Source: Tetramitus jugosus (lineage: Eukaryota > Protista > Heterolobosea). From it: a stretch of DNA of 64,000 nucleotides. Shown here piece by piece: positions 31,904 to 43,222 of the stretch. Both the position numbers and the translations under genes were made by a program. The first letter of the stretch is position 1. Every line of letters begins with the position of its first letter. Below the pieces are notes generated by a model, which saw only the letters and a list, made by a program, of their open reading frames with translations, did not search any database and was not told the DNA's origin. The stretch spans positions 372,001 through 436,000 of the forward strand of contig OW569350.1 of NCBI GenBank assembly GCA_937625935.1. Reading direction: 5' to 3'.

Positions 31904-32881
31904 ATGCCATCTCAATTAGAAGTTATTAAAAAGTACACCACAATCGTTGCCGATACCGGTGATTTCGAGTCCATGAAAAAGTTTACTCCTCAAGACGCCA
32001 CAACCAATCCAAGTTTGTTGTTCCAAGCCTCTCAATTGGAACCGTACAAGCACTTGGTAGAGGATGCCGTCAAGTATGGTCGTACAGTGAACCCAAGTCA
32101 TCCTCTCGAGCCAACCTTGGACAAATTGGCTGTTAATTTTGGATGTGAGATCCTGAAGATTGTCCCAGGCAGAGTATCCACAGAAGTTGATGCTAGACTT
32201 TCATTTGACACTGAAGGTACTGTAAAGAAGGCTTTGGAGTTGATTGAGCTGTACAAGCAAGCAGGCATTGACAAGAGCAGAGTGTTGATCAAGATTGCAT
32301 CCACATGGGAGGGAATTCAAGCCGGAAGAATTCTGGAGAGAGATCATGGCATTCATGTGAACATGACTCTCTTGTTCAGCATGTCTCAAGCCATTGCTTG
32401 TGCCGAAGCTGGTGCTACACTCATCTCGCCATTCGTCGGTAGAATTTTCGACTGGTATAAGAATGCAAATCCAAGCAAGGCAGAAGAGTACGTCAAGGTG
32501 CCATCCACTGATCCAGGTGTTCAAAGTGTGACCAACATTTACAATTACTTTAAGAAGTTTGGATACAAGACTGTTGTGATGGGTGCTAGCTTCAGAAACA
32601 TTGGTGAGATTAGAGAGTTGACTGGATGTGATCTGTTGACTGTCAGTCCATCTCTACTCAAGGAACTCGATACATTGGAGGCCGATGGTGAAGTCACTCA
32701 AAAATTGAACGCTGAAGCTGCTCTGGACATGGACATTCAACGTCTGGACATGAATGAGAAGACATTCCGTTGGATGATGAACGAAGATGCCATGGCAACT
32801 GAGAAGCTAGCAGAGGGCATTCGTAACTTCTCCAAGGATCTTGTCAAGCTCGAGCACTATGTCGCACAAATCTTGGATTAG
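31904..32881 (+). CDS. TALDO1: Transaldolase
   Basis: IVADTGDF, DATTNPSL, GRVSTEVDARLS, LIKIASTWEG, ISPFVGRI, MGASFR. True ATG at 31904. Confidence 0.97.
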   Translation: MPSQLEVIKKYTTIVADTGDFESMKKFTPQDATTNPSLLFQASQLEPYKHLVEDAVKYGRTVNPSHPLEPTLDKLAVNFGCEILKIVPGRVSTEVDARLSFDTEGTVKKALELIELYKQAGIDKSRVLIKIASTWEGIQAGRILERDHGIHVNMTLLFSMSQAIACAEAGATLISPFVGRIFDWYKNANPSKAEEYVKVPSTDPGVQSVTNIYNYFKKFGYKTVVMGASFRNIGEIRELTGCDLLTVSPSLLKELDTLEADGEVTQKLNAEAALDMDIQRLDMNEKTFRWMMNEDAMATEKLAEGIRNFSKDLVKLEHYVAQILD

Positions 32882-33014
32882 AGCCATCGAAACAACTGTA
32901 CCAAGAATAAAAAAAGATAAATTCGAATGCAACTTCATCCAAATTGTTGAACTTGTGTGGAAAAAGAATTCTTCCATTCAGCCAACAAAACAAAACTCAT
33001 CAATTAACACCAAA

Positions 33015-35414
33015 ATGATGCTCAGTCAATCATCGCGCCATCTTTGGGGCATGAAGCGCCTCCTCACAACGACCAGTAATGTTCACTCCATGTCAGCATT
33101 TACACATCTCTACTCTAGCTCCTCTCCTCTCATGTCTCAAACATCCGCTTTTCCCGCCATTTCCCTGCCATCTACAGTCTTGGCCCAGAGCTATGCCATC
33201 AAAAAAAAGTTGGTCACAAAGAAAAAATCAACCACCACCAAATCAGCAGCAACAACAACAAAAAAGAAGAGTTCTGCAGTTACCTCCAAGAAGACAAAGA
33301 AGGTAAGCCACGATGATGATGATGGTGATGACGATTATGATGCACCAATGAAAATTCGTGTTGTTGCCACTTCGAACATCCCCAAGAGACCATCATCACC
33401 ACCACCAACAAAAACAACATCAAATCCAACAAAAACAGCATCAACAAAATTCACACCATCGAATGCATCTCCATCCTCCTCTACCAAATTCAAGTCCAGC
33501 AAATCACCAGTCACCACTACCACCACCACTACTCCTCGATCGAAATCGCAATTGCCACCTTCTTCATCCCAAAAACAAGTGAATCGAACCTATGGCAACA
33601 ACAATAAGAGTCATTATGAGAAGAACAAGGATAACAACAAGAATCGATCATTTGCAGCTCAATCATCAGCGAACAACAACAAATTTGCCAAAAACAATAA
33701 CTTTCCAAAGAAACATGTGAATGACAGCACCACCACTAATACTAATAATACGAGTGCTCCAGTATACAAGAACATGAAACGCAATCAACCATTCAATAAG
33801 GACAATTTGACGAACAACAACAACAACAATAAGAGCAATAGTAGTAGTAATAGTAGTAGTTTTATGAAAAACAAGCCAAGAAGCAATGAAAGGAATAACA
33901 ACAAGAACGCTTCTTCTTCACCATTGAGATCGATTGGTGCCAAGAATGATGATCCACTAAAGATTCGATTCGATGAGCGACACACTGTCACCATCCTCTA
34001 TCGATACTATCAAATGATCGCTCAACAAAAGCAGAATCAAGCGAGCAAACAAACAGAGTCAGAATCACAAATGCCATTGGACTTGTTTGTGCATCGATAC
34101 ATGAAGCAAAACAATGGAATCGGATCCATCAACCGAAACAACATTTCACAGACGGTGTATGATATGACGCGATGGATGTTGTTGTTGAATTACTTGGCCA
34201 AATCACAGGCATTTTTCAATAAGCACAAGTGGCTCATTGATCTCAAGGACGACTTGCACAGACAACAAGTGGCTCATGCACTAAAGTTGAAGGAACAACA
34301 GGACGGTCAACAAGTGTCAGGGATGCAGTTGTTCCAGGACAGGAGAGTCATTGATGACATTGTCGATTGGAGAATGAAGTACTATATTTTCAATTTGATC
34401 AAGAACGAACTGAACCAGATTATTGAGTCGGGTGAGATTACCAGATTGAGCGTATTGCCAGAAGATCTTGAAATACCGGACAATATTCTTGTGAGTTGTC
34501 CTGCAGAGTTGTTTGACATGTTCGAGAGAGATTTGGGCAAAGAGAAGGCCATGAAGTTTTGTTTGATCAATATGAGCCAAGCACCAGTGTTCCTCCGTCT
34601 CAATCCACTCCGAGTCGAAAGCAGAGATTACTTTGTCAAGTTGATTCAATCCAAATTGGACGATCCAGCATTCAATGCAGGAAAATCTTCAAAGGATGAA
34701 TTGGAAGAGTCCAAGAAGAAGAAGGGCATCGTACAACCATGCAAGTCTGCTCCATGGGGTGTTAGACTGTCTCGCAGATTCCAATTCAGAGACTGGGAAG
34801 AGTACGAGAATGGATTATTTGAGATTCAGGACGAGGGAAGTCAGATGGTTGGTGAATTGATGAACCCTGAACCAGGGCAATTAGTCATGGACTATTGTGC
34901 TGGCAGTGGTGGTAAGACTCTTTCGTTTGCACACAAGATGAGAAACACTGGTCAAATCTACATTACTGATATTAGGGATCATGTTCTACTGGAGGCAAAG
35001 AAGAGAATGAAGCGTGCTGGTATTCAAAATATTCAACCACTCACCAAGAATCATCCTCATCTCGCAAGAATGAAGTACAAGATGGATTGGGTCTTGGTTG
35101 ATGTACCATGCAGTGGCACTGGAACACTCCGAAGAAATCCTGAACTCAAGTATCGAGTTTCAGCAGAGTGGATCTCAAGATTGGTCAAAACTCAGAGAGA
35201 AATCTTTGATGAATCGTTCCAGTACTTGAAACGAGATCCTGATAGCAGAATCGTGTATGCCACCTGCAGTGTCTTCAAGAGAGAAAACGAAGACCAGATT
35301 GAATACTTTAAGAAAAAGTATGGTCTCAAAGAAGTAGGCGAGCGTATTAGTTTCCTGCCTCAATACAACGGATACGATGGCTTGTTTGGTGTCGTTCTGG
35401 CTCCGATCCAATAA
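33015..35414 (+). CDS. RsmB/NOP2/Sun RNA m5C methyltransferase with long N-terminal extension, probably mitochondrial
   Basis: QDEGSQ, DYCAGSGGKT, VDVPCSGTG and YATCS (both catalytic Cys present). The N-terminus is R/S/T-rich and lacks acidic residues. Confidence 0.9.
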   Translation: MMLSQSSRHLWGMKRLLTTTSNVHSMSAFTHLYSSSSPLMSQTSAFPAISLPSTVLAQSYAIKKKLVTKKKSTTTKSAATTTKKKSSAVTSKKTKKVSHDDDDGDDDYDAPMKIRVVATSNIPKRPSSPPPTKTTSNPTKTASTKFTPSNASPSSSTKFKSSKSPVTTTTTTTPRSKSQLPPSSSQKQVNRTYGNNNKSHYEKNKDNNKNRSFAAQSSANNNKFAKNNNFPKKHVNDSTTTNTNNTSAPVYKNMKRNQPFNKDNLTNNNNNNKSNSSSNSSSFMKNKPRSNERNNNKNASSSPLRSIGAKNDDPLKIRFDERHTVTILYRYYQMIAQQKQNQASKQTESESQMPLDLFVHRYMKQNNGIGSINRNNISQTVYDMTRWMLLLNYLAKSQAFFNKHKWLIDLKDDLHRQQVAHALKLKEQQDGQQVSGMQLFQDRRVIDDIVDWRMKYYIFNLIKNELNQIIESGEITRLSVLPEDLEIPDNILVSCPAELFDMFERDLGKEKAMKFCLINMSQAPVFLRLNPLRVESRDYFVKLIQSKLDDPAFNAGKSSKDELEESKKKKGIVQPCKSAPWGVRLSRRFQFRDWEEYENGLFEIQDEGSQMVGELMNPEPGQLVMDYCAGSGGKTLSFAHKMRNTGQIYITDIRDHVLLEAKKRMKRAGIQNIQPLTKNHPHLARMKYKMDWVLVDVPCSGTGTLRRNPELKYRVSAEWISRLVKTQREIFDESFQYLKRDPDSRIVYATCSVFKRENEDQIEYFKKKYGLKEVGERISFLPQYNGYDGLFGVVLAPIQ

Positions 35415-35543
35415 TAAAACAACAATAGTTTTCCTTCACTTTTCATGAACTTTCTGGAAGTTTGTGTCCGTTGAACAACTTTCTGCTGTCAAAAAACAAA
35501 AACAAGTCCTAACAACCAGACAAGAGAGTCGAACGAACACACA

Positions 35544-38500
35544 ATGGACGACGACCGTGATCAGTTTGTGCAACAAATTCAACAGATTGCTCAGGCCATC
35601 GAAACCAAGAGTCAATCCACGGAGATTGCCCAGTTGAGACAACCATCTCTACTATCGAGCAACTGTACGCTGAGAGCTCATCAGCTCAAGGGTCTCTCAT
35701 GGCTCATTGCTCTTCATTCCTGTGGGTACAATGGTATTCTGGGTGATGATATGGGGTTGGGAAAGACACTGCAGACCATTAGTTATCTCGCCTATTGTGT
35801 CGGAGAGCAAAAACAACGAGGTCCCTTCTTGATTGTAGCACCGTTGAGCATTGTTCAGAACTGGAAAAATGAATTTGATCGATTTTGTCCTTCGATGCGA
35901 GTGACGGTATACATTGGCAATCAGTTTGAACGAGAGGAGATTCAAGAGGAGATTATTGAGCACGTAAGGGATGATCAGTCTGGTGATGAGAGTGATCCAG
36001 AACTGCCCTTTGATGTCTTAGTGACCAGTTATGACATGATTTTGTCAGATGTGGATTTTTTGATGCGGTTCAAGTGGCGTTGTGTAGTTGTGGATGAGGC
36101 TCATCGGTTAAAGAATGCAGATTCCAAGCTATATCTAACGTTGAAGCAACAGTTTGAAATGCCACGTATCATTTTATTGACCGGAACACCAGTGCACAAT
36201 AACATCAAGGAATTGTTCGCCCTGATGCACTTTATATTGCCCAATCTGTTTAGTGATGAGGATCAGTTTCTGTCTTGGTTTCCAATGGATGCGATCATGT
36301 CTGGTGAGGGTGACACATTGAATTATTTTCATCAGATATTGAGACCCTTTCTTCTTCGAAGGAAGAAATCTGAGATTTTGGACGACTTGCCTGCAAAGGC
36401 CGAACATATTTTGTATACGACGCTGAGTTCAATGCAGAGAAAGTACTACAAGGGTGTTTTAACAAAAGATAGTAGCGCTTTTGGTTCTAAGAACAAGAGA
36501 TCACTGACGAATGTACTGTTAAATTTGAGAAAGTGCTGTAATCATCCCTATTTATTTGAAGGTGCTGAACCAGAACCGTATGTAGAAGGAGAACACTTGG
36601 TGAACAACAGTGGAAAGATGGTTTTGTTGGATAAGTTATTGAGAAAGTTACGTGATGAAGGCCACAAAGTGTTGATATTTAGTCAGATGACATCTATGCT
36701 TGATATTTTGGTATGTTGAATGATATGAATCATATTGTCAATTGAAATCTGAGAATGATCTGACACTTACCCTTTTACAGCAAGACTATATGCACTTTAG
36801 AAAATATCCCTATGAGAGATTAGATGGAAGTGTCAGAGGCGAAGAACGTTTCAGTGCTATCGATAACTTCTCAGGTGATTCTGATACATTTGTATTCTTG
36901 CTTTCTACACGTGCTGGCGGTATGGGACTGAATTTGGTTGCTGCAGATACAGTGATATTTACTGACTTAGACTTTAATCCTCAGATGGATTTGCAAGCTC
37001 AGGAAAGAATCTACAGAATCGGACAAAAGAGAGATGTTACAATATATCGCTTAATCACACAAAATACTGTCGAGGAAGTCATGCTGAAACGTTCCTTCAA
37101 CAAGATGGCTCTATCTATGAATGCTATCGAAAAGGGTGGATTCAGTTCTGGAAAGGACGAAACACTGGCCACTGAAGATATCCTGCAACTTATCAAGTAT
37201 GGTCTCCATAAGATTGTTAGTGACGAAACCAGTGAAGCAGATGACGCAGATGACAGACTAAAGCGCATGAATATTGACGAGATATTGAATGACAAGAAAA
37301 CAGTATCATTTGGAGAGATGACCAACAAGTCTATCGGTTTAGATAAGGATGCACTTGACGACAAAAACGAACAAGAAGAATCGGAACGAGCTGCTGAGAG
37401 TTTGTATCTGTTCGAGGGTAAAAACTATGATACCAAGAAGAAAACAACCAAAGGCAAACAGCCCTCTCGTCGTAGCACTCCGAGAGAAATTGTTATCACT
37501 GGCTCCAAATCAAGTGATAACGAGGAACCCTCTGATTATTCCGATGATGATGATGAACCACCTGTTAGAGTGTACTCACTAAGGAAAAGAAAGACTGATG
37601 ACACATCACGTACTTCGAGTAAGCAAAAACGAACCAGTGGATACAAATCTCTGAATATTGTAATTCAAGAAGAAGATGAATACAATGATGAATCAGACAA
37701 TGAATTGGACAACATTAGCGATAGTATAGATCTCAGTCAAACAACTTTGCTTAATGCTGGAAGAAATATCAATTATGTTATTGGTGATGCCACTTCACCC
37801 TTGGACAAATCAGATGGAGCTAAGATGATCATTAATTGTGTTTCGGATCGAGGATCTTGGGCGCGAGGTGGATTCTGCTCTGCCATTATCAACAATCTTT
37901 CAAATGAGCCAAAGGATAGGTATGAAGAGGCAGGAAAGAACAGTGATCTTTCTCTCGGTGATGCCCAAATGGTGTCAATACCTAACGATTCACATATTTA
38001 TGTGATCAATGTTGTGGCTCAGAGCTATGACAGACAATCTGGAAAGCATGGCGGAATTGAACTATCTGCACTTCAGACTGCATTTAACAAGGTGCGGTAT
38101 GCTGCCAAAGAGATTGGTGCTTCTGTTCATATGCCCAGAATCGGCTGGGGTTTACCTAATTTCAATTGGTACGGAGTGGAGCGAATCATTAAGAAGTATC
38201 TCGTTAATGCAGGTGTGCCAACATATGTGTACTATTACAAACGAGGAGGAGGCTCCAACTCCTCTTCTACGCCGCGATCTGTAAAGAAAGTGACCCGCAA
38301 GATGAATTCATCGCCCGCAACAGGAGCACAGACATCCGCATCAAAACCTGCCACCAGCCCCAATGTTGTGCCTCCTGTCTCAAACAGTAATGATCAAGAC
38401 ATATTTGAAGATGTCAAGTTTGTCCTGTATGATTTGGATGAGGCAGAAGCCAAGCAACTGAAGCGAATCATCATTGAAAATGGGGGATCTGTCTCCAGCC

Positions 38501-38658
38501 CATCAGTAACAGCTCATGTTGTCATATCGAGGAAAGACAGATCGATCGACAAAGGACTGGATGACATACTGCAAGGTTCCAGTGCTCACCTTAGACATCC
38601 GGAGTGGGTATACCAGTCAGTTCGAGACCTGAAATGTTCTCTTGGTGATGATTTGTAA
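35544..38658 (+). CDS. CHD1L: CHD1L/ALC1 chromatin remodeller (SNF2 ATPase + macro + BRCT); intron 36711-36780
   Basis: GDDMGLGKT, DEAH, LLTGTP, STRAGG; macro YVIGDAT...SVHMPRIG...NWYGVERIIKKYL; C-terminal BRCT-like domain. Confidence 0.93.
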
Positions 38659-39055
38659 CGTTTCTGGACGAAAAAGGAACGAATTACCTCAAGAAAGTCA
38701 CCAGCGAACTCGGAGTCCAACTCGATTTTCTTTTTTTTCAACGCGGATTTTTGTTGGCGGTCTTATCCATGCCAAAACGTCAAACAGTTGATTGATGACA
38801 AGGCATCCAGAGATTGGACATCCCCAAGACGACGATGATATCCGTGTACATAATAAAGGACAAACCACCCTACGACACTCCAGTTGGTCTCTTACTTGAA
38901 GAATCATCCCAACAAAACACAACAACAAAAACACGATAATTCCTCATCTTCTCACTGACAGTCAAACTCCACCCACACAACACACAGCACCCTGCCTTCA
39001 CAACTGCAGCAAAAATTTTTTGCCCACCCGCGACAGTCAACCTTCTCATCACTAC

Positions 39056-41746
39056 ATGAGCAATAGCCACCCTTACACGACAAACACTGAAATCATGCGA
39101 CACAAGAGCAACAGCAGCAGCAACACCACCGTTCAAAAAACACTGGAGCCTCATTTTGAATCGCAAAACATTAGTCATACATCCAATCCCTTTCACTTGG
39201 CAAGCTCTCTGTTCAACAAAAACAGTAGCAGCACGACCACCACACCAAATACTCCGTCGAATTCCTCCTTTACCAACCCCCATCACCACCACACCAGTCC
39301 AACTACGACGGAACAATTACCGCCCATTTCTAGCTTTGGCCTCTTTTCAAACGGCAACAAGACACCTTCCTCTACGACCATTTCTCCTACTACGGCAGGT
39401 CTCTCATCATCGTCACGGATACATCATCATCATCAGCTCGAACACCACAACACCAACAACAACAACAACAATAGCTATCCATATCACCACTCGCAGCAAC
39501 AACAACCTTCCTCTGTAAATAGCAACCACAACCACCACAACAACAATAATTATCCTCATTACAACAATGAGAGCTACAACGTAGAAGAAGATGAAGAAAA
39601 TCACGATGATGACGATGATGAAGAAGAGGGAGATGATGATGAGGTAGCTGAAGCTTGGAACAACAGACACCAATATCAATATCATCCCCATGCTCAACAC
39701 AATCATCAACATCACCACAATCCTCACCACCACCACCACCACCATCAACAACAACAACAACATCAGCAGCACAATCATCACCACAATAACAACGGCTATC
39801 AACAACAACATTATCAACAACAACAACAACAGCCGCAATACTCTCCATCGCACAGTCGTCGAGTCAACAATGGCAGTGTCATGGAAGATGAAATTGACTA
39901 TAGCTCTGACTACAAGTACTATTCACCAACTACTACTAATAACAACAACAACAATGGAAATACATTACACCATGCTCCTCATTCACATCCTCAATATGAC
40001 AACAATAGCAACAACATGATGGATGATCATCATCATCCTTCGTTGCCTCCCATCTCATCACCCAACAACAGTATCATGTCTGATATGAGTGGTCATAGTA
40101 GTAGTAATGGTAGTAGGAACGGCATTAGTAATACTACGAATAGCAGTCATAGCAATAGTAATAATCAGGTACCAATGACACCGTCGACACCGACCAAGAA
40201 GAAGCGTCATTTTCTTCCAGATTTTTTCAATCATCTGATTGGTAATCGTCGAAGCAGCAGCAACAGTAGCAACAACAACAATAGTAGTAGTAGTAACGGT
40301 AGTGGTAGTAGTAGTGGTAGTACACGTGTCAAAGTTGCATCCATCTCCTTCTCCAAACAACCCATTTCTCATCAGAGAATCAAGCCTACGACAACAATCG
40401 AAGTGGAGAATGATCGACCCAATCTACCACCACTGATCGTGTCCAACAAGTCACCTCCATCGTCGAATCACTCTAGTCCACTGCATGCTCCAATCAATCC
40501 GCGTCATTCTTCTTCTACTTCTCATCATCATAATAGTCCTCAGCAACCTCACTACAATCATCACATGTCACCTCATTCGACGACCAATGGTGGTAGTGTA
40601 GCATCGACACCTTCATCGGCAACTTCGCCGTTGCGTTCACCAACGAGACACTCTCCCATGTACTCTCCCATGTCGTCTCATCCATATTATCACTCACCAC
40701 GTCATCGTGCTTCATCTGGAAATGGTAGCTTTAGTTCTCACCATCATCATTCACAGCAACAACAACAGCAACCAAAGCATCACACCTTTTCGCCTACTAC
40801 TTCTGCATCGTCGTCACCATCGACATCTTCATCGTCCTCTGCATTTACTCACTCGCAGCAGTATCAACAACAGCAACCTCAGCACTTGAATCGTCCAATA
40901 ATGGTTGATTCACCATCGAATGAAATTAGTGGTGCTGTTCCAATATCAGCTGCAGCAACAGCCACCAGCACACCACCTTCTCATTCATCTGCTTCGAATA
41001 GTGGTATTCCAGCACCATACCATAATCATCATCATCATTCTCATTCTCATAGTAATAATAACAGCAAGGGCAACAACTATCATTATGACAATAATGGACA
41101 ATCACCAACAACGAGCACAACCAAGTCAATGGGTGGCTTTGGTAAGTCAAATAGTCGCAGCAATAGTTTTAACAACAGCAATGGAATGTCTCATCATCCT
41201 CAGCATCAGCATCACGCCTATCCACAACAGCAATCACCACAGCATCAACATCATCATAACTCTTATACTCATCCATCATCATCCTACCAGTCAATGAATC
41301 ATAACAGTGGCCATAATCACCACCACAGCAACAATAATATGGTCAACTATTCTCAGTCACCTACCTCTCCGACATCAACGACGAATAGTAACACGACACC
41401 AACAATGACAGCAAGCCCCTCCTCTCCCACATCTCCATCGGGTAGCACTGTTGGTGATCGTCATTTGGTATTCAAGGCCTATGTTCCAAAATCAGAGAGA
41501 TCTTCTCGGTCAATGGCCAAGCCTACGGATTACAATACTGGACCATGGACAGACGAGGAGCATGATGCATTTTTACGTGGTTACAATTCTGTGGGCAGGC
41601 AGTGGAAGCGGATTGCAAGCTGCTATGTAAAAACAAGAGATCGAAGACAAGTTTCTTCTCATGCACAAAAGTATTTCCAAAGAGTGAGACAGGATGGAGG
41701 AATAGTGCCAACGTCACCAACAAGTGCCATGGACTCTGACTCTTGA
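39056..41746 (+). CDS. SHAQKYF-class single-Myb transcription factor with a very long H/N/Q/S low-complexity region
   Basis: GPWTDEEHDAFLRG...WKRIA...VKTRDRRQVSSHAQKYF at the C-terminus; CAA/CAC/AAC trinucleotide tracts upstream. Confidence 0.9.
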   Translation: MSNSHPYTTNTEIMRHKSNSSSNTTVQKTLEPHFESQNISHTSNPFHLASSLFNKNSSSTTTTPNTPSNSSFTNPHHHHTSPTTTEQLPPISSFGLFSNGNKTPSSTTISPTTAGLSSSSRIHHHHQLEHHNTNNNNNNSYPYHHSQQQQPSSVNSNHNHHNNNNYPHYNNESYNVEEDEENHDDDDDEEEGDDDEVAEAWNNRHQYQYHPHAQHNHQHHHNPHHHHHHHQQQQQHQQHNHHHNNNGYQQQHYQQQQQQPQYSPSHSRRVNNGSVMEDEIDYSSDYKYYSPTTTNNNNNNGNTLHHAPHSHPQYDNNSNNMMDDHHHPSLPPISSPNNSIMSDMSGHSSSNGSRNGISNTTNSSHSNSNNQVPMTPSTPTKKKRHFLPDFFNHLIGNRRSSSNSSNNNNSSSSNGSGSSSGSTRVKVASISFSKQPISHQRIKPTTTIEVENDRPNLPPLIVSNKSPPSSNHSSPLHAPINPRHSSSTSHHHNSPQQPHYNHHMSPHSTTNGGSVASTPSSATSPLRSPTRHSPMYSPMSSHPYYHSPRHRASSGNGSFSSHHHHSQQQQQQPKHHTFSPTTSASSSPSTSSSSSAFTHSQQYQQQQPQHLNRPIMVDSPSNEISGAVPISAAATATSTPPSHSSASNSGIPAPYHNHHHHSHSHSNNNSKGNNYHYDNNGQSPTTSTTKSMGGFGKSNSRSNSFNNSNGMSHHPQHQHHAYPQQQSPQHQHHHNSYTHPSSSYQSMNHNSGHNHHHSNNNMVNYSQSPTSPTSTTNSNTTPTMTASPSSPTSPSGSTVGDRHLVFKAYVPKSERSSRSMAKPTDYNTGPWTDEEHDAFLRGYNSVGRQWKRIASCYVKTRDRRQVSSHAQKYFQRVRQDGGIVPTSPTSAMDSDS

Positions 41747-41910
41747 TTGACCAGATTTTGACCGTGTCGTCATTGACACCCGACATTGGTCAATAATAAA
41801 TCTCCGAATTCTTTCAATTTCACAAAACGCGACAAAAGAAATTCCGAACAACAAAACACCAAAAACATCAAACAGCAAAAGAATCACATTTCAATTAGAG
41901 ATATCCAACA

Positions 41911-42618
41911 ATGACTGAACCATCCAAACCAAAAAGAGTCATATTCCTCGACTTGGACGACACACTCTATCCTAAATCCAGTGGAATTCACACTTGTGTT
42001 GCTCAACGCATTGCTCAATACCTGTCTGAAGAGCTTCAAATTGAGAATGCCAATGAAAAGTCATATGAACTCTATAGAACGCATGGTACGACTCTACGTG
42101 GACTCATTCATGAAGGTTATCAGATTGAACCACTCGTCTCTTTTTACCACTATGCTCACACTGGTTTCAGCTACGAAGGACGGTTGACCAAGGAAGATGT
42201 TGAATTGAAGAACATTTTGAAACGACTCAGAGAGAGCACCACAGCCTCAAGTGTCTCCCTTTACTTGTTTACCAACTCAGATTTGGGTCATGCGACTCGT
42301 GTCATGGACTATTTGGGAATTGGAGAAATGTTTGATGGTTTGGTGGCGTTTGAGCATTTGGGGTTGGATTGTAAACCTCATGTGAGCTCTTTTGAGATTG
42401 CGATGAAAATGGCGGGAGTTGATTCTCTACAGTGGCGGCAAAATGAAATGGAAATTTATTTCTTTGATGACAATATTCAGAATGTGAGAGCTGCGGTTGA
42501 GCTAGGATGGACAAAGGTTGTATGGATGAACGAACAACAGTTGCCTAATCATGATAATGTGATTCACTGTGAAACTTTTTATCAATTGGAGCAGGTGTGC
42601 CCTGAATTGTTGCAATGA
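41911..42618 (+). CDS. Pyrimidine 5'-nucleotidase (SDT1/PHM8-like HAD hydrolase)
   Basis: DLDDTLYP, HGTTLRGL, LFTNSD, CKP, FFDDN. Confidence 0.9.
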   Translation: MTEPSKPKRVIFLDLDDTLYPKSSGIHTCVAQRIAQYLSEELQIENANEKSYELYRTHGTTLRGLIHEGYQIEPLVSFYHYAHTGFSYEGRLTKEDVELKNILKRLRESTTASSVSLYLFTNSDLGHATRVMDYLGIGEMFDGLVAFEHLGLDCKPHVSSFEIAMKMAGVDSLQWRQNEMEIYFFDDNIQNVRAAVELGWTKVVWMNEQQLPNHDNVIHCETFYQLEQVCPELLQ

Positions 42619-42779
42619 TCTGAGTTACAAACATCCACACTCTCATTGATTTCCATCGATGCAACTGCAGATCCTGACTAATGAATGTCTTATGTTTCCA
42701 TGTGATCTCGTTTTTTATACAACACTTAGGTGCTCTTTATCTTCTTGTTTCTTTTGTGATCTTGCGGTGGGCCACTCAG

Positions 42780-43120
42780 GTAAGAAGTTGAAGTATGTTA
42801 CTCCCGGACCCTACCACACAGTGTTTATCACTATTGATAATTGTGTCATACTTCTGGGTACTGTTCTTTTGGTTGTCTGGGACTTTTTGAACAGGGGGAT
42901 ACGGGTGAAAAGAGTCTTCTACCTTGAGTCATGGCTACATTTCTTTTGGTCAAGTTTCCCTTAAAGTATCAGCTGACCGCCTTTCCAACTAATAGAGTCG
43001 AACCATACGGGGTATTGTCCCATCATCACAGTTTGTTCTACAGACTCTAGGAGTAGCCTCTAACGTAGAAAGACACTCGCATTCAGGTATTTGGAACACA
43101 TAATTTTCAGCAACTCATGA
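42780..43120 (+). pseudogene. Frameshifted RCC1/BLIP-II repeat remnant
   Basis: KYVTPGPYHTVFITIDN, then in a shifted frame TSGYCSFGCLG, and later RIQVFGTHNFQQL. Confidence 0.55.
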
Positions 43121-43222
43121 GATCTCGGTGAATTCTGACGAGTAGGTATAAAGATATTTACGATCCTTGCCACGATTGCTCATTTATTGACTTGTTTTGT
43201 GAGTGACGACCTGTAGGGCGAA

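Noticed and set aside
32841-33014. Apparent overlap or fusion of transaldolase with the methyltransferase ORF
   Set aside because: This is an artefact of a non-ATG start in the track. The real ATG is at 33015, after an A/C-rich leader.
39156-41297. Many alternative-frame ORFs rich in V/I/T/L
   Set aside because: These are shadows of trinucleotide repeats within the Myb gene; the same applies at 18.6-19.8 kb and 31.1-31.4 kb.
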